Shown: positions 26,001-39,046 of the stretch, in pieces
Layout of the letters: every line of letters starts with the position of its first letter
How positions within the stretch are numbered: position 1 is the first letter of the stretch
NCBI GenBank assembly: GCA_963924565.1
Contig: OZ004612.1
Location: 11,284,001 to 11,348,000, forward strand
DNA length: 64,000 nt
Origin: Ascidiella aspersa
Taxonomy: Eukaryota
Direction: 5' to 3'
Made by a program: the position numbers and the translations under genes
Notes under the pieces: generated by a model
Seen by the model: the letters and a program-made list of their open reading frames with translations, nothing else
Database searches by the model: none
What the model was told of the DNA's origin: nothing

Positions 26001-29000
26001 ACTTACCAAAGATAGGCTGCTAATAAAATACATTAAGGCTTTTGCGACCCAAACCTAAGGGTCCCGCGTCCCAAATTTGGGTCGCGACCCCGTATTTGCG
26101 GACCCCTGTCATAGTGTACCGCCCAGGTGTAAAGAGTAATGGCGACCCAGTTTTTAGGTATTTTTTTCGCAAATTGAAACAACATGCAACTCGATTAGGC
26201 CTACCCAATGCAGGTTTGCAAAATCCGGTCAAGACCTTGGTTCCGATACACGGAATTACCAGGTCCGCTTCTATTGCCTTGCCGCTCGTGGTTTGCACAA
26301 GTTGACAGTCGACGTGCTCGTTCAACTTTAGTTCGTCGAGATTCGTGACGCGGTCTCCTGGAAAAGGACGATTGGGTTCGGTCTTTGGTTTATCTGCTTC
26401 CTTGCTATGTAACAGCAAGGTAAAACGGAAAACTGGATTATGCTTTTTTATGCCAATGAAACAGGGTTGATTGTGTTATGGGTAACAGTTTAGTTACCAA
26501 TGGAAGTTTTCTGCTGGTACGTAGTTGCCAGAGTGAGTAATCGATTGCCGATTTTGATGTCATTTTTTTCAAATTATTTAAATGAAGTTGTTGCTCCTGA
26601 CAGGATTTAAAAATTATATATATATATAATATCCACACAAAGCTGGTAAGCTACGTACCGGTAACGAATAAAAAATTAACATCACAGTACTGACCTAAAA
26701 CCAATAACTTTGAAAGGTTTATAACACAAGGCCTAGCGATGCACTTTAATTAGGTAAGAAGGAAGGCAGCAAAATAGCACAAACAAAATGCGTTATGTTT
26801 CAAAATGGTAATGAGCATTACGCACCAAGAAGAAGGTTGATGCCTCTTTCCGCCATTTTAACTTTTAAAGCCGTTTGTAAATCGACTGGAGCGTTGGCCG
26901 ACAGAACAGTGTTTCCCGCTTGTATTACAGTGACCTGTTGGACAAAAAGTTTGTGTAAGGCCGAGTCTGTCATCATGATGGAATTTCAACTGACAAGTAG
27001 ATGTGGTCAAATGTTGCGTTAACTTTACGACCACTGATTTTAAAGCTGGAAGAGTTAAATAAACCACCGAGGTTACCCATTGTTTTATAATGGATGGTCA
27101 CCGATGGTAGTAGTCTAATACGCAAAACTTCTCTGTATAGCCCGCAGAAAAAGAAATAAGTGATACAATTTCTTGTATAAAAAGGGAAAAATTGCATTTT
27201 GCGGCGATAAACAGATTAGTAAACTGAAACGCTTTAAATGATTGGTGTAAAAGTTTTCCTTCGGTCGATATCAATAATGAAACATCATGTAGCTGGAATT
27301 TAAGTTAGTAGGTGGTGTTTCAGCACAGGAGGGACCATTGGAGTAAAAACATCATGTTGAGCAGAAAACATGCATTAGAGAGTTGTATCACCAACACTAT
27401 TAGCCTCACGCATATAAAAATCAAAAGTACCTCCTTGTCAGGAAAATCAGTCTTGATTTCGCCAGCAATTTCCACTCCGACGGCTCCGGCACCGACGCAT
27501 ACGATCTTCTGCGACTTTTTGACCTTTAAAAATATACAACTGTGATCGCTGAAATAATATGAGGAACGACCTTAGAGTGGTAGGTTGTTTAAAGCCAATG
27601 TATATGCTTTTTAAACATCATTTAAACTTTAAAGCCCAATTTTTGTTTTTGATAGATCAGTGAGCTCAACCTTTATTCCTCTTAAATTTTGCTTCCGGTC
27701 GGTCCATTAATAAAAACTACATTTTAGATTTCTTTTTAAAAATAGAATAATTTTGTTTTTAAACAATAATATAAATTATAAATGACAGAAAACTCAATTT
27801 AAATCAACGAAGTTGTTTTTTAACGTTTAACTGGCGAATAATTACACAAAAATTGTGCTGTGATATTGAAACCACAAATTCGAGTTTTACTCTCGAATAA
27901 AGTAACTTAGGTTTCGCATAATCTCCGTAGAGCGAAAGGCCTTTTTCGTTTTTCGAAATACCGTTCCGTGGTTCCTTAATGGAGGGGGTGGATTCGGTGA
28001 GTCGGCGATGGCTTTCTGTGTACTAATGATACGCAAGCCGTAATCCTTGATCAAAAAGCAGCTTTAGAAGGGCTAGATCGTATGTTTGTGCAACTGTGCA
28101 TATTTCATTGAGTAATTATTGTACTGCAGATCCCCTTCAATACGAAGTTGCTTGTATTAACATATTGTGGCAAGCATTGGAGTATGGTTGTTTCTCGACT
28201 CAGTCCTACAGCTTGTGTAGCTTAGTTGGTATAGCGACGGTCCAGGTATGACCGGAGGTCATGAGTTCGAACCTCACTGCAGGATAGTTGTTTTTTAGCT
28301 GTCCTGCTCCAATCATTGATCAACAGATTCGGTGAATTCTGCGATGGCTTTAAAGCTTAGGTGTACTGATTTCAATGTTGTATTGTTTTACAACTGGTAG
28401 TTAATTGCACAAGTTTATAACTTACGGCCTCGTTTAGTTTCCTGTAGAGCTTTTTTGCTTCTTCCATGTTGATGTCTCCGAACTCTCCAGTTTTACCGGG
28501 AAAACGGTTGTTGGTTCCGCTTGCTATAACCAAGTAGTCATAACTTATCTAAAAAAATAATAAAATATGCTTGTTCTGCTTAGAAAGTTCTACATGAATT
28601 CTTTGTTGTATCTTCTTTTTAATCTTCGACGAGCCTGCAAATTATCTGAGTCACTGAGGGAATTGCGGTTGTCGCTTTATATTTAGGGATAAAAAACAAA
28701 AACAATATTTCTAAAAAAATTATCTATTTTTGTTTTACCAACGAATGAACTCACTAATTATGCAACGCCAAGCTTCAGCATATTTAAATAAGGGTATTTC
28801 CAAAGGCGTAACAAGGAAAGGGTGCCAGACCCATTTCTATAAACTATACGTTTTACGTCTATATCTAAGTAAATGAAAAAGAAAATTGCGCCTCGGGGAA
28901 ATGTACTAATCCTTTATGAAATAATTAAGTGTTTTGAAAAAAACAGTTACCCGAGAGAACTTGAGCCACGCCATTCATTACGGTTAGTGAAGCACTGATT

Positions 29001-31557
29001 AATACGATTATTATTTCCAGATGAATTGATGTGTTTTTTTGCCTTACAAAACAACGCTTTCGGTTTATAAGGAACAACAACAAACCCCCAAACAAAACGA
29101 TGTTTTAGGACTTAAAACCAACTTTGAGGTACGTTGAATATTAAACATGAATCCTACCAGTAATTTAGATAATATCAAATGATTTACCCTTGTACCGTTG
29201 TCCAACAGCAAAAGCTTTTCGTCCTTTAGAATGGCAGTTGCCCTTTGCTGTACAAAGTCTTCCAGGAACTTGGAATATGGAATGAAAACGTTCTTCAGAA
29301 ATTCTAATTACACCAATAAGAGTTTAACTATCCGATTCCGGACTTTCTTCAAGTTTGAGTAAACAGTCTGATAAGGTTGGGACGTAGAATTTGAGTATTT
29401 GAAAATCCGTTTGCACGCTATACGTTAAAGTTTGGGTGTTTGCGAAATCAACTATTGCAAATATCATAATATTATATTAAGCGAATTCACGTTTGATCAG
29501 CGAAAGTGGAATAATTTTCCTCTCGGAATTTAGGGCAATTTTATAAAATGACGGCACCAAAATACGTAATAAGGTGACGTCATAAAACATGCAATCTCGG
29601 CCAGTAATGAAATCTTAGGCAAAAATTTACATCGAGATGGCGACAAAGCATTTGCCAGAAGCTAAAGTTGATTGCAGCTCATAACTGGCGAAGCGCGGTC
29701 AGTATCTGCATGGACCTTTTTAGTGTTGAATATAGAGGAACATTGGCGGTGGCCAACTCCACGTTTTTAGCGAGAAAAAAAGGAAAATTTAACTTAGCGT
29801 TGTAAATTGTCGAATACACACTTGCTAATCAGTCAACCTGAACGAAAAACGGCGAAAGAGAAAAACATCCTACGCTTATCAACGTTTGTACACACAAGAG
29901 TCGAAAAACGGCGTTTTTCGTTTGAATTCGCATTAGCTTAATTTCCGCTTCGGGCAGTAAGTTAAACCCTCATAAAAAACAATAATATCACTTACCACAG
30001 GGGGGGTCTGAACCCCCTCTGGCAGGAAGTATATATATATATATATTTAGTCAACGAAACCAAGTGGCTCTTTCAAAGTTTAGGGTTGTCGACGCGTGGT
30101 CTAAAAAAATGAAAATTGTGGAAAACAGTAACCTGGATGCTAAGGCAGTCTTCTACCCTATTAGATCTTTACATGTCTTTTAACTTGCTTGGTGTAAACG
30201 TCGTGTTAAGTGCGTCAAAATCTGTCGCGATCGCTTTTTCGTTTAAACATTAACCAGGTTCGGTATGCATCTCTAAGCAGCAGTAGTGTGTCATATCACA
30301 CTCCGTTAAATCCCACGAAAACTTGACAAAACGATTCCTTCTGCAGTCTGAAGGTCCCATAAGATCAAGTTTTTTCAATAATTAGCAACAATTTCCGGAT
30401 TTTCGCCATAAACATGTCTGTAACTAAAGTTACCGTTTTTTTGACGTAAAAATGGAAAAATGACTGACGTAAAAGTAACTTTATTAAACAAAACAATCAG
30501 AATTGATTTTTTTTATATAAACTCGTTTCTCTATGAGTTGTTTAGATAAGCAAACATATTGGTACAGGATACTCAATTGTGTATAAATGTTGTTAAATAG
30601 AGTTTTATCAAGTGTCGCAAAACGGGTCTATTTGTAGTGTCACATTTAAAGATGATTTTCATATTGCTTTTTACCTTGGTTTACCTTGAAAGTGAATACG
30701 GTGCATGGTTTTATCACACATCTTTAAACAACACTGGTCTACAGCGGTACAGCCTAAATGTTTCGTTTTAGTAATAGTATAATCACCACTGACATATAAA
30801 TTAATTAACGCAAAGACCAAACAAAAAAGCGTTAGCCGAGTATGAACATGATGTATCATACAAATCATGCAGTCATTACTGTTTCAAGTTTTATCTGTTT
30901 TACTAGATGTGGATACTTTAAGGCCACCTCGATGTCTCAGAAGATTCAATGGAATGTAGGCGACAACTTAAGGACTGTCGAACAGTTTGTTTTGTTTAGA
31001 CCTACCTTTGTCGTCCAGGCCCAGTTTGAAAACACAAGGGGTTTGGGATACAACGCGATACTACACGTGTTGAGTAAACAGGAGAAGAAAGTCATTAGTG
31101 GGGAGCGCCAGCGCCTTCACTATCAGATTGATCTAATACATTATATGTCATTCACCGGTAAAAGAACCTGCAAATCAGCAGACATGGTGCTTTTGGCGAA
31201 GTAGTAAATCACTTGGTCGACCATTTTGCGGTAAATTTGGTAGATGAAAAAATTTTAGTCAAAAGCAAAATAGATCTTAATATCAGTCAGCCTGATATAC
31301 AGCAGTTTAACTGTTTCCTTTAAAAAGGAGTGTGGAGCGCATAACTAACCGTTTTTCTACGCGCCACACCAACGTTTTAACTTTGTATGGAACTCACCCG
31401 GTTCGACAATGCTTCTCAAAGCAGCCACGCAGTGCATCATCGCGTCTCTGGGGTCTACAACAGTGACTTTACAGAACGACTCCTTCTGCAGCAGACGGCC
31501 AAGATATGCTCCTGTGTAGCCGGCACCAACTATTACGACCCGGGGTACTTTATTCAT
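23065..31557 (-). CDS. AIFM2: AIFM2/FSP1-like oxidoreductase, paralogue B, 8 coding exons
   Basis: Same exon structure and phases as paralogue A: [104 protein letters not shown]. No disabling lesion was seen. Confidence 0.9.
24908..26108. mobile_element. Non-autonomous hAT element (1201 bp) in an AIFM2-B intron
   Basis: TIRs CAGGGGCCCGCAAATAC / GTATTTGCGGACCCCTG with a perfect 8-bp TSD TCATAGTG on both sides. Confidence 0.92.
28211..28284 (+). ncRNA. tRNA-like/tRNA-derived Pol III repeat (pseudo-tRNA; anticodon not assignable)
   Basis: A-box TAGCTTAGTTGG, CGGTC/GACCG stem with a 7-nt loop, B-box GAGTTCGAACCTC, then a T-run at about 28291-28297. It lies within a ~335-bp unit (GATTCGGTGA at 27991 and 28326). 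Confidence 0.65.
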
Positions 31558-34500
31558 TTTGACTAAACAGACTGGAGCAGAATAATATCAACTTGAATAC
31601 AGTCTGCGGATTTTTTAAACTGTGTTAACAAATTAGAAGAACTTGGTCTATTTTGCGGTGCAAGGCAGAGACGATAACCTATTAATAGCTGCAAGGCCAA
31701 ACAACATGCTAAATTACATTCACAGAAATATTTTTAATTGTCGTGCTGAAATCATTTAGGAGACCAACGTTATTTAATATCGAGTGATATTAATATTTAT
31801 TAGACACCATTATCAATTGTAAAAGCTTGCCGAATAATCCATGCCATCTTCCAAAGCATGTACGACTTTGTACTTTTTATTGCAGCATTAAAAACAAACA
31901 CCAGCACTATGTGGACGAGAAAGGTAAACTAAAAATCGTCAATGCTGCAGCGTTGAACAATTTGCACCGGCATGTGTATTAGCGGAAACCAATCAATCAT
32001 AAAAGCGAACAACAACAAAACACGAAGAAAACAACCAAAAAAGATTCGCAGTACGCTCCCCTCTATCTGTGGCCGCAGGCTCGCTCAGTAACCGTGCCAC
32101 TTCAACCGCACGAATTTCGGACACGCCTATTAGTACTCTTCCTCCAAAAGACTGAGGCCTTATCAAAGTGTTATTGTTACTGATTGTGATGAATATGACA
32201 AATGTGCCGCTTAAGCCATAAGGCACCCCTTGCCTGTGAACACAAACCCTGCCAATGATCTTTTGCCTATAAGCTCTAGCTAGCTGATTGGACCCAACCT
32301 ATTTAATACATGTTTACCAGTTAAATTCGCGAAATATAAACCATGTGTTGTGTAAGTTATGAACGGTAGAATTGATCTTGAAACGTTTTTACGATCGGGG
32401 CTAAGTTATAATCTATAAAGTAATAAAAAATTCCTCAAACTTGAAAAATCAATTATGTCAAAAATATTCTTTACTACTTAGCACACGTGGCATTAAAATG
32501 ACGTAGGATAAGATATATTCACAATTCCACAAAAAAAAGTAACCGTAAAATAATTACATTGACAAGTTGAATAAACTCATTTTATAGCATATTTCGGATA
32601 ACTTATGCTAAATTTATGCGCAGGCTAAACCAGGTGCAATGGCTGTTTGAACTGGTTTGCCAGTTGTTGATACAATTAGGCTTGTCAAAGCAATTTATTC
32701 TTCGTCTTGATTTTGGGTTATATGAGAACATTCTTCCAAAAAATAAAGGTTCGGTCAACGTATTCGCGATAAGTAAATTTTTGTTTTACAGCAAATCTTG
32801 TCCGTCTCTAAAATGTTGTCACAGCATCGTAGATATCCTTGCGCTACCAACAAGTTTCCTAACTCTATCTTAATAAATACAAGTACACTCAAACATAGAA
32901 TTTTAAAAACATAACACTTTGTTGAGCTCTCCGCAAATTTACTTCGAAAATGAAAGCTTTGTCACTTAACAAAAGACACACGACATTTTTATTCCTAAAC
33001 CTTTTAATCTTTTGTAGCAAACAATCCAAATGAATCTTGCTGCTGCATAGGTAGCCTACAAAAAAATAAGTAGGCCTTGTGCTCGTTATGCTTCAATGCC
33101 CTTGGGCCTGGAAAATCAGCGGCTTAGTTTGTGACCGCTCATACAACTAAAACTGCTTCACTGGTTAACTGCCTTTTTTCCCCTTTCTTCCTTCCACATT
33201 TAGCTGAGATTATACAGATTCCAAATTAATTTGTCTGTAGAATGAATACAATTAAATATAATTTGACTCTTTTAGAAGCTGATAGCTCTTGAGCCGAATT
33301 TTTTTAGTTTGATTGTCCGCAATTTAACCACCTTTTCATATATCTCGCTTCAACAAATACGCGGCAATGCTGGCACCTGCTGAAATTAGTTACAACGTTG
33401 TCAACCGTGTTTAAAAACAAAACATTTTAAATACACGCCAAATTAAGTCAATAGGAAAATGCCTGGCTTTCAGTAAGATAAGTCCGTTCATCGGTAACGG
33501 AATAAAATGTCAAGTATTGAACATCCTACTCCCGGTCAAGCATTCAGGTTCATCCCAGTTTAAGTCTTCTGACAATCGTTGGTAAAAATAAAATTTAGCA
33601 TAACTTAATAGTATTACGAACCTAATTAAAGTAAAAACATGCCTAAGGTTATTAATCCTCATCAGTTAATATCGCTTAACCTGAACTAAATATATTTAAC
33701 CGAAATCAAAATGCACAGTGTTGCAAACAAGTGTCTCTAAATCTAGGTGATTCATTTTAGAACAAGTGAACCGCACACTTCAAAACTTTGGGTCACTAAC
33801 AATTACTCAACGCTCAACCAAGGCTTATACATTGTATAGGTATTGGCTCAACCACGCTGTTAATATTACGCGCCAAAACTATCCATTTATCTGTCGCAAA
33901 CATAATCTAACAATGCTAAACATTTTGCGAAAGTTAGTGCTGGTTAATCATTAAATACGCCAAGAATAAAAAAAAACAGCGCCAAGGAAACGCACTGCGG
34001 CTTCCTCATTATTTGAACCGCATACTTGACTGAAAAATATCGATCTAAAATCACATCGCACAACTGACAAAGTGGTGCTGGTGGTCTTTGTCTAATCGTT
34101 TGAAACATTTCAACAGTCATTAAGTTCGAAAGTTACTTTGTTTACTGTTATGTTGCTAGTAGGACTATTTTTACTGGTAGTAGCAACGTTATTTTGTTTA
34201 CATAATGCATAGCTTACCGTGCAATGTTATGCGTAAAGTAAATATTTCTCAAACAAGTTCTTACACTCTTTTATCGTTTTTGTTCGTTTTTGTCATGGTT
34301 TTACAAACTGTTCGAGGCGGCGTGCTTTTGAAGTAAGTGGGCCACGTGTCTTAATCTAATGAGAAACCAAAATCGAGCGAAAAACGTCTTTTTGTTGTTA
34401 TCTTTTGTTTGGTCGACCGTAAAGGCTGGATAGTTTATCTCTTTCGTTATGTGTTTAGGTTGACTGATTAGCAAGTGTGCATTAGACAATTGACAACGCT

Positions 34501-35219
34501 AATTGACAAAGTCAAACCTTCTTTAGTTTTTTCTCGCTAAAAAACGTCGAGTTATACGCATTATGTTCCTCTCTGTTCGGTCTCTGCGCTAATATCCAAT
34601 GTTGGTGTAACATCAACATTTGCTTAACTGAAGCAGATTCTTAAAAGGAGGTATAATGGTGACCAAAGTCTCCATTTTTGAGTAATGATGGTTAACGCAA
34701 AATTATGCTCTTTAAGCATATTCCAAGACCAAGTGCTAAGTGTGCAATAGACACAACTTATTTCCCCTCAACCGCAGCTTGTAATTTAGCTGACTTGGCA
34801 CACAGCTCGGCGAAGATGTTGCACTAATCGTGGTAATAACACCCGGAAAAAACGATCTTCGTTTAGTATTGCAGGTGGTGAAAAACGTGTGATTCTACCA
34901 CAATTAATAACACATATTTCACGGTCTTGGTTTGTTTTTTTGCCTGAAGTTAACGATTGCACAGTGCACACCGTGGTTTCGCTGCTGGCGCCTGACAGGA
35001 TTGTCGAAGGCGCACGTGGTCGCTTTTGCTGGACGTATTTGGCTGTTTCTGATTAGTTTTTTATCACGTTTTGCAATCATCAATCTGTAACGTCATACTG
35101 TCACTGTTTTATGGCGTCATTATTCATTAACGCCAGATAAAAAATAGGGGAATTCCCTAAGTTAAAAATTCAGGAACCCCCCTTTTTAATTTTCTGGTTA
35201 CGCTCCTGATTGCCCCTAA

Positions 35220-37272
35220 AATATTCTTCAGGACAATATTGTTGCAACCTTAGGCAAAAAAAGTATCACAGGCAAACAACAAAGGAACATCACTCAGTGG
35301 AATTCCATTACTTGAACAGGTGTCGAAACGTTGGTATTTTATAAAAATTTGGCGGAAAGAACAATTTTACAATTGTAACATTGCCTGGCAGCAACAAAAC
35401 TCTTTCGACGTGAGTGGAATATATTAGCCAAATTTACACTTTGATTCAACACTTTATTTCGCAATGACGTCAATCGGAGCTTGACTGTTTTCCAATAGTG
35501 AAATTCAAGAAATCGATTTATTCGAACGAACAACAATTTCAGTGTATTGAACTTAAACACCTTTTTGCACCTCGGTAACCCAAGCGTTTGATAAGGCCGC
35601 GTTTCCGTTTTGTGCTTTTAAAATAGCAAATTCCAAGTATAGCGACGGCTCCAGACACAACAGGTCGCAGTGAGGGGGCGAAAGAGAAGGTCCAAATTAC
35701 AGATCCACTATAAAACCATTTTTAGATGGGTATATCGGCCAGTGCATAATTTTCAACCTTTGAACTTGTTTCCAGTTTGTCCAAATGATTACGACTGATT
35801 CAATAACAACTTTTACTGTTGGGTTTCGCTGGAGAACTTGGTCACATCAAAGCTTCATGATGTTCGCGAACCACTGGATGAATACTTAGGCTGTCACGCA
35901 GCACATGAGGCAAAGCGCTTACAACTATTATTTTATTAATGGCCGTGATATTTGCGATGATTTACCACTAAGAAGTACAACACACACAAAAAAAAAACAC
36001 AGTAACTAAATAAATGAAAGTATTCACGACCTCCGGTCAAGCCGGGGCCGTCGTTCTACCAACTGAGGTATGCAGGCTCAGAGAGGAGCGAGTCGAGAAA
36101 CAACCATACGCCAATGCTTGCTCAATCTAATAGTACATGCAACTTCATATTGAAGGGGATCCACAGTACCATATCATTTATTTAATGAAACATATGTACA
36201 CACATATGTGTGTTAACTGTTAACAAATGAGATCTAGCCCTTCCGAAGCTGCTTTTTGACCAACGATTACGGCTTACATATCATTAGTAAATTGAAAGCC
36301 ATTGCAGACTCACCGAATCGATCAATTGTGCAAGCAAGGCAGGCTAGTAAAACAACTAGCCTGCAGTGACCGGATCTCGTGAGTTCGAACCTCACTGCAG
36401 GCTAGTTGTTTTTCCAGAGCAGGCTAGAAAAAAAAACTAGCCTGCTGTGACCGGAGGTCGTGAGTTCGAACCTCACCGCAGGCTATAGTTGTTTTTCTAG
36501 CCTGCTCTGCCTGCATCATTGATCGACAGATTCGTTGAGTCTGCAATGGCTTTCAGTGTACTATTTTTCGATTATTTGAAACTGCATTTTGCAGAGGGCC
36601 TCATGGACTCGTGATGTACGACCTCGCCGAAAAAGCTTATTGAGATTAATTAGATGAAACTGGCGAGTTTGAGCAAAACAATTAATGACTTATAAGTTTA
36701 TATTGCAAAATTGTTCTTATACCTACTTGGGCAATATCCTTCAGGACAATATTGTTGCAACCTTAGGCAAAAAAATTTAACAGGCAAACAACAAAGGAAA
36801 ATTACACAGTGGAATTCCATTGCTTGGACAGGTGTCGAAACGTTGGTACTTTATTAAAATTTTGCGGAAAGAACAATTTTACAGTTGTAACATTGCCTGG
36901 CAGCAACAAAACTTTTTCGACGTGTGGAAAATATTAGCCAAATGTACACTTTTGATTCAACACTTTATTTCGCAATGACGTCAATCGGAGCTTGACTGTT
37001 TTCCAATAGTGAAATTCAAGACATCGCTTTATCCGAACGAACAACAATTTCAGTGTATTGAACTTAAACACCTTTTTTGCACCTCGGTAACCCAAGCGTT
37101 TGATAAGGCCGCGTTTCCGTTTTGTGCTTTTAAAATAGCAAATTCCAAGTATAGCGACGGCTCCAGACACAACAGGTCGCAGTGAGGGGGCGAAAGAGAA
37201 GGTGCAAATTACAGATCCAATATAAAACCATTTTTAGATGGGTATATCGGCCAGTGCATAATTTTCAACCTT
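35220..37272. repeat. ~540-bp near-identical direct repeats (35220-35760, 36733-37272) flanking ~970 bp
   Basis: Both copies run from CTTCAGGACAATATTGTTGCAACCTTAGGC to GCCAGTGCATAATTTTCAACCTT. The duplicated spurious FKFNTLKLLFVRI ORFs reflect this. Confidence 0.9.
36024..36562. repeat. Rearranged, partly palindromic cluster of the tRNA-like repeat unit
   Basis: Reverse copy of the ~335-bp unit (36024-36368), then two forward 3' halves GACCGGA..GTGAGTTCGAACCTCAC.GCAGGCTA and a downstream flank that pairs with 36290-36365. Confidence 0.75.
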
Positions 37273-38734
37273 GTTAGAAACATTTTGGGGAGTCTGTGGA
37301 TTAAAAGGTGGCGTTGCAATTAGGTATGTCTAATAATATCGGATAGAAGCCAGTACCCAATGCCAAGTGGCAGTACCGGTGGACGCAGATACTAGGGTTG
37401 TATCGATATTGATGAATTTAGGCATTTCATCAATGGTTTGTGTTGTAACCGAGCTCCTCCCATTCAGAAAAGTATCGTTTTGAGAAAATACACTGTTAAC
37501 AACAATAGGTAACTTGGTATCCCTGTGCTAAAGTATTTTTGCTTAACAACCCGGAAAACTTTACGGCTGCACGCTTCAATTTGATTTTGCTTATTTAGGC
37601 ATAGAAATCAATAACGTCATTTTTGACCAGATTAGATAGGTAGTTCTTTTGCCCAAAATATCGGATATATTGGTATCGGAATAACATACGAATATTGGAC
37701 ATTCCTGGTTGCATCTACGGACAATTTCGAGAAGTCGATTAAGATATTTAAAGCGACGTAAATGTGTCCAAACCAGTGTTTGTTAACTTGTGCGCCATGA
37801 AAGTTTATTTAGGTGCGCAGAAGTAAGATTAAATATTGTCAATAAAAGATTTGTGTTTCTAAATTTACAGCTGAAAGGAAAGGCTCTGCAGACTTGAGGA
37901 AATCATTTTATATAATTCGACTGTTGTACAGTTAGGAAACGTATAACAAATGAATTAGTGTGTGCATGTTGTAATTCTTTCCAGCTGGATATTTGAACTA
38001 TTTTCTAAAATTATTCATATGATGGATATGTAATGCCGGTCCAAACTTCGTATTGAATTGAATTTACACGTCAAGCGTCGGTTGGTCGAGTGTTGGCCAT
38101 TGAGCACTTTTATAAAGCAAATAACGTCTGCGAATTTGTGTTTCCGATTAACAACATTATTTAACAATAATTAATTAATTCAACTTACAGTTCAGTTTTA
38201 GTACGTTCGCATATACTAATTTCCTAAACGGCAAGCCAGCCCGTTTTATTTTCATGCTTGTCTTGACAAATGGAATCCTGCGTTGTTGCAGTTGCCCCAG
38301 CGTGTAGAGTTAGCGTTCGTAATTATTGGCGTTAAACATAATTTGCAGCAAATTAATAAATTGAGTCAGCCAGTTTGGTTAAAGACAAATATTACTCCCT
38401 CAAAGCAGGGAGATGGTGTCAATCGTCACTCCCCCGGAGCGAATTTGCGTAGGAAACGGGGGTGCGAAATCGCAACCCTGTGGTCATATGCGGATCTTGG
38501 TGTATTGTAAAGCTCTAAACTTTGGTTCTTCTCCTATTTGCGCTTATGTAAATTACTAGCTCTAATATGTATACTTTTCATTGTAACCTAACCTTAGTTT
38601 TAATTCGATGTATTTTCCTTTCATTAAAATAAAAAAAAAGTAAAAAAAACTCTTTTGAGTTGCATTGACCAGGCTTCGTTATCGCATATTATTCAGTATT
38701 CTCTCGGTGGGCTGCGTGGCACAGCAGTTTAAGA

Positions 38735-39046
38735 CAGTGGTTCCCAACCGGGGGTACTCGTACCCCTTGGGGTACGCAATTGAACATCAAGGGGTGATCC
38801 TTGGGCCACCGAGCAGCTTTTCAGCCAGAGCAGCTTTTCACCAGAAGTACAGGTTTGTTTTGGAATTGTAAATAATATTATGCCATTACGTTCTTTGCTA
38901 TGATTTACGTGTTGCCTTGAATATAATCGAACCATCGTTTGAGCGAATTGTATCAATGAAGCAGCAACAAATATCTCGAAGCAGCAACAAATATGCAAAC
39001 TGCATTACGGCACAACTTGAAGTAGCAAAAAAGCTGGGAACCCCTG
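38735..39046. mobile_element. hAT (Charlie-like) MITE, 312 bp
   Basis: TIRs CAGTGGTTCCCAAC / GCTGGGAACCCCTG; TSD GTTTAAGA/GTTTAAGG (7/8 match). Confidence 0.85.

Noticed and set aside
28211-28284. Functional tRNA gene
   Set aside because: No U33, mismatches in the acceptor and D stems, and the anticodon loop differs among copies.
35220-37272. LTR retrotransposon or TRIM
   Set aside because: No TG..CA termini, primer-binding site, polypurine tract, TSD or gag/pol remnants were found.
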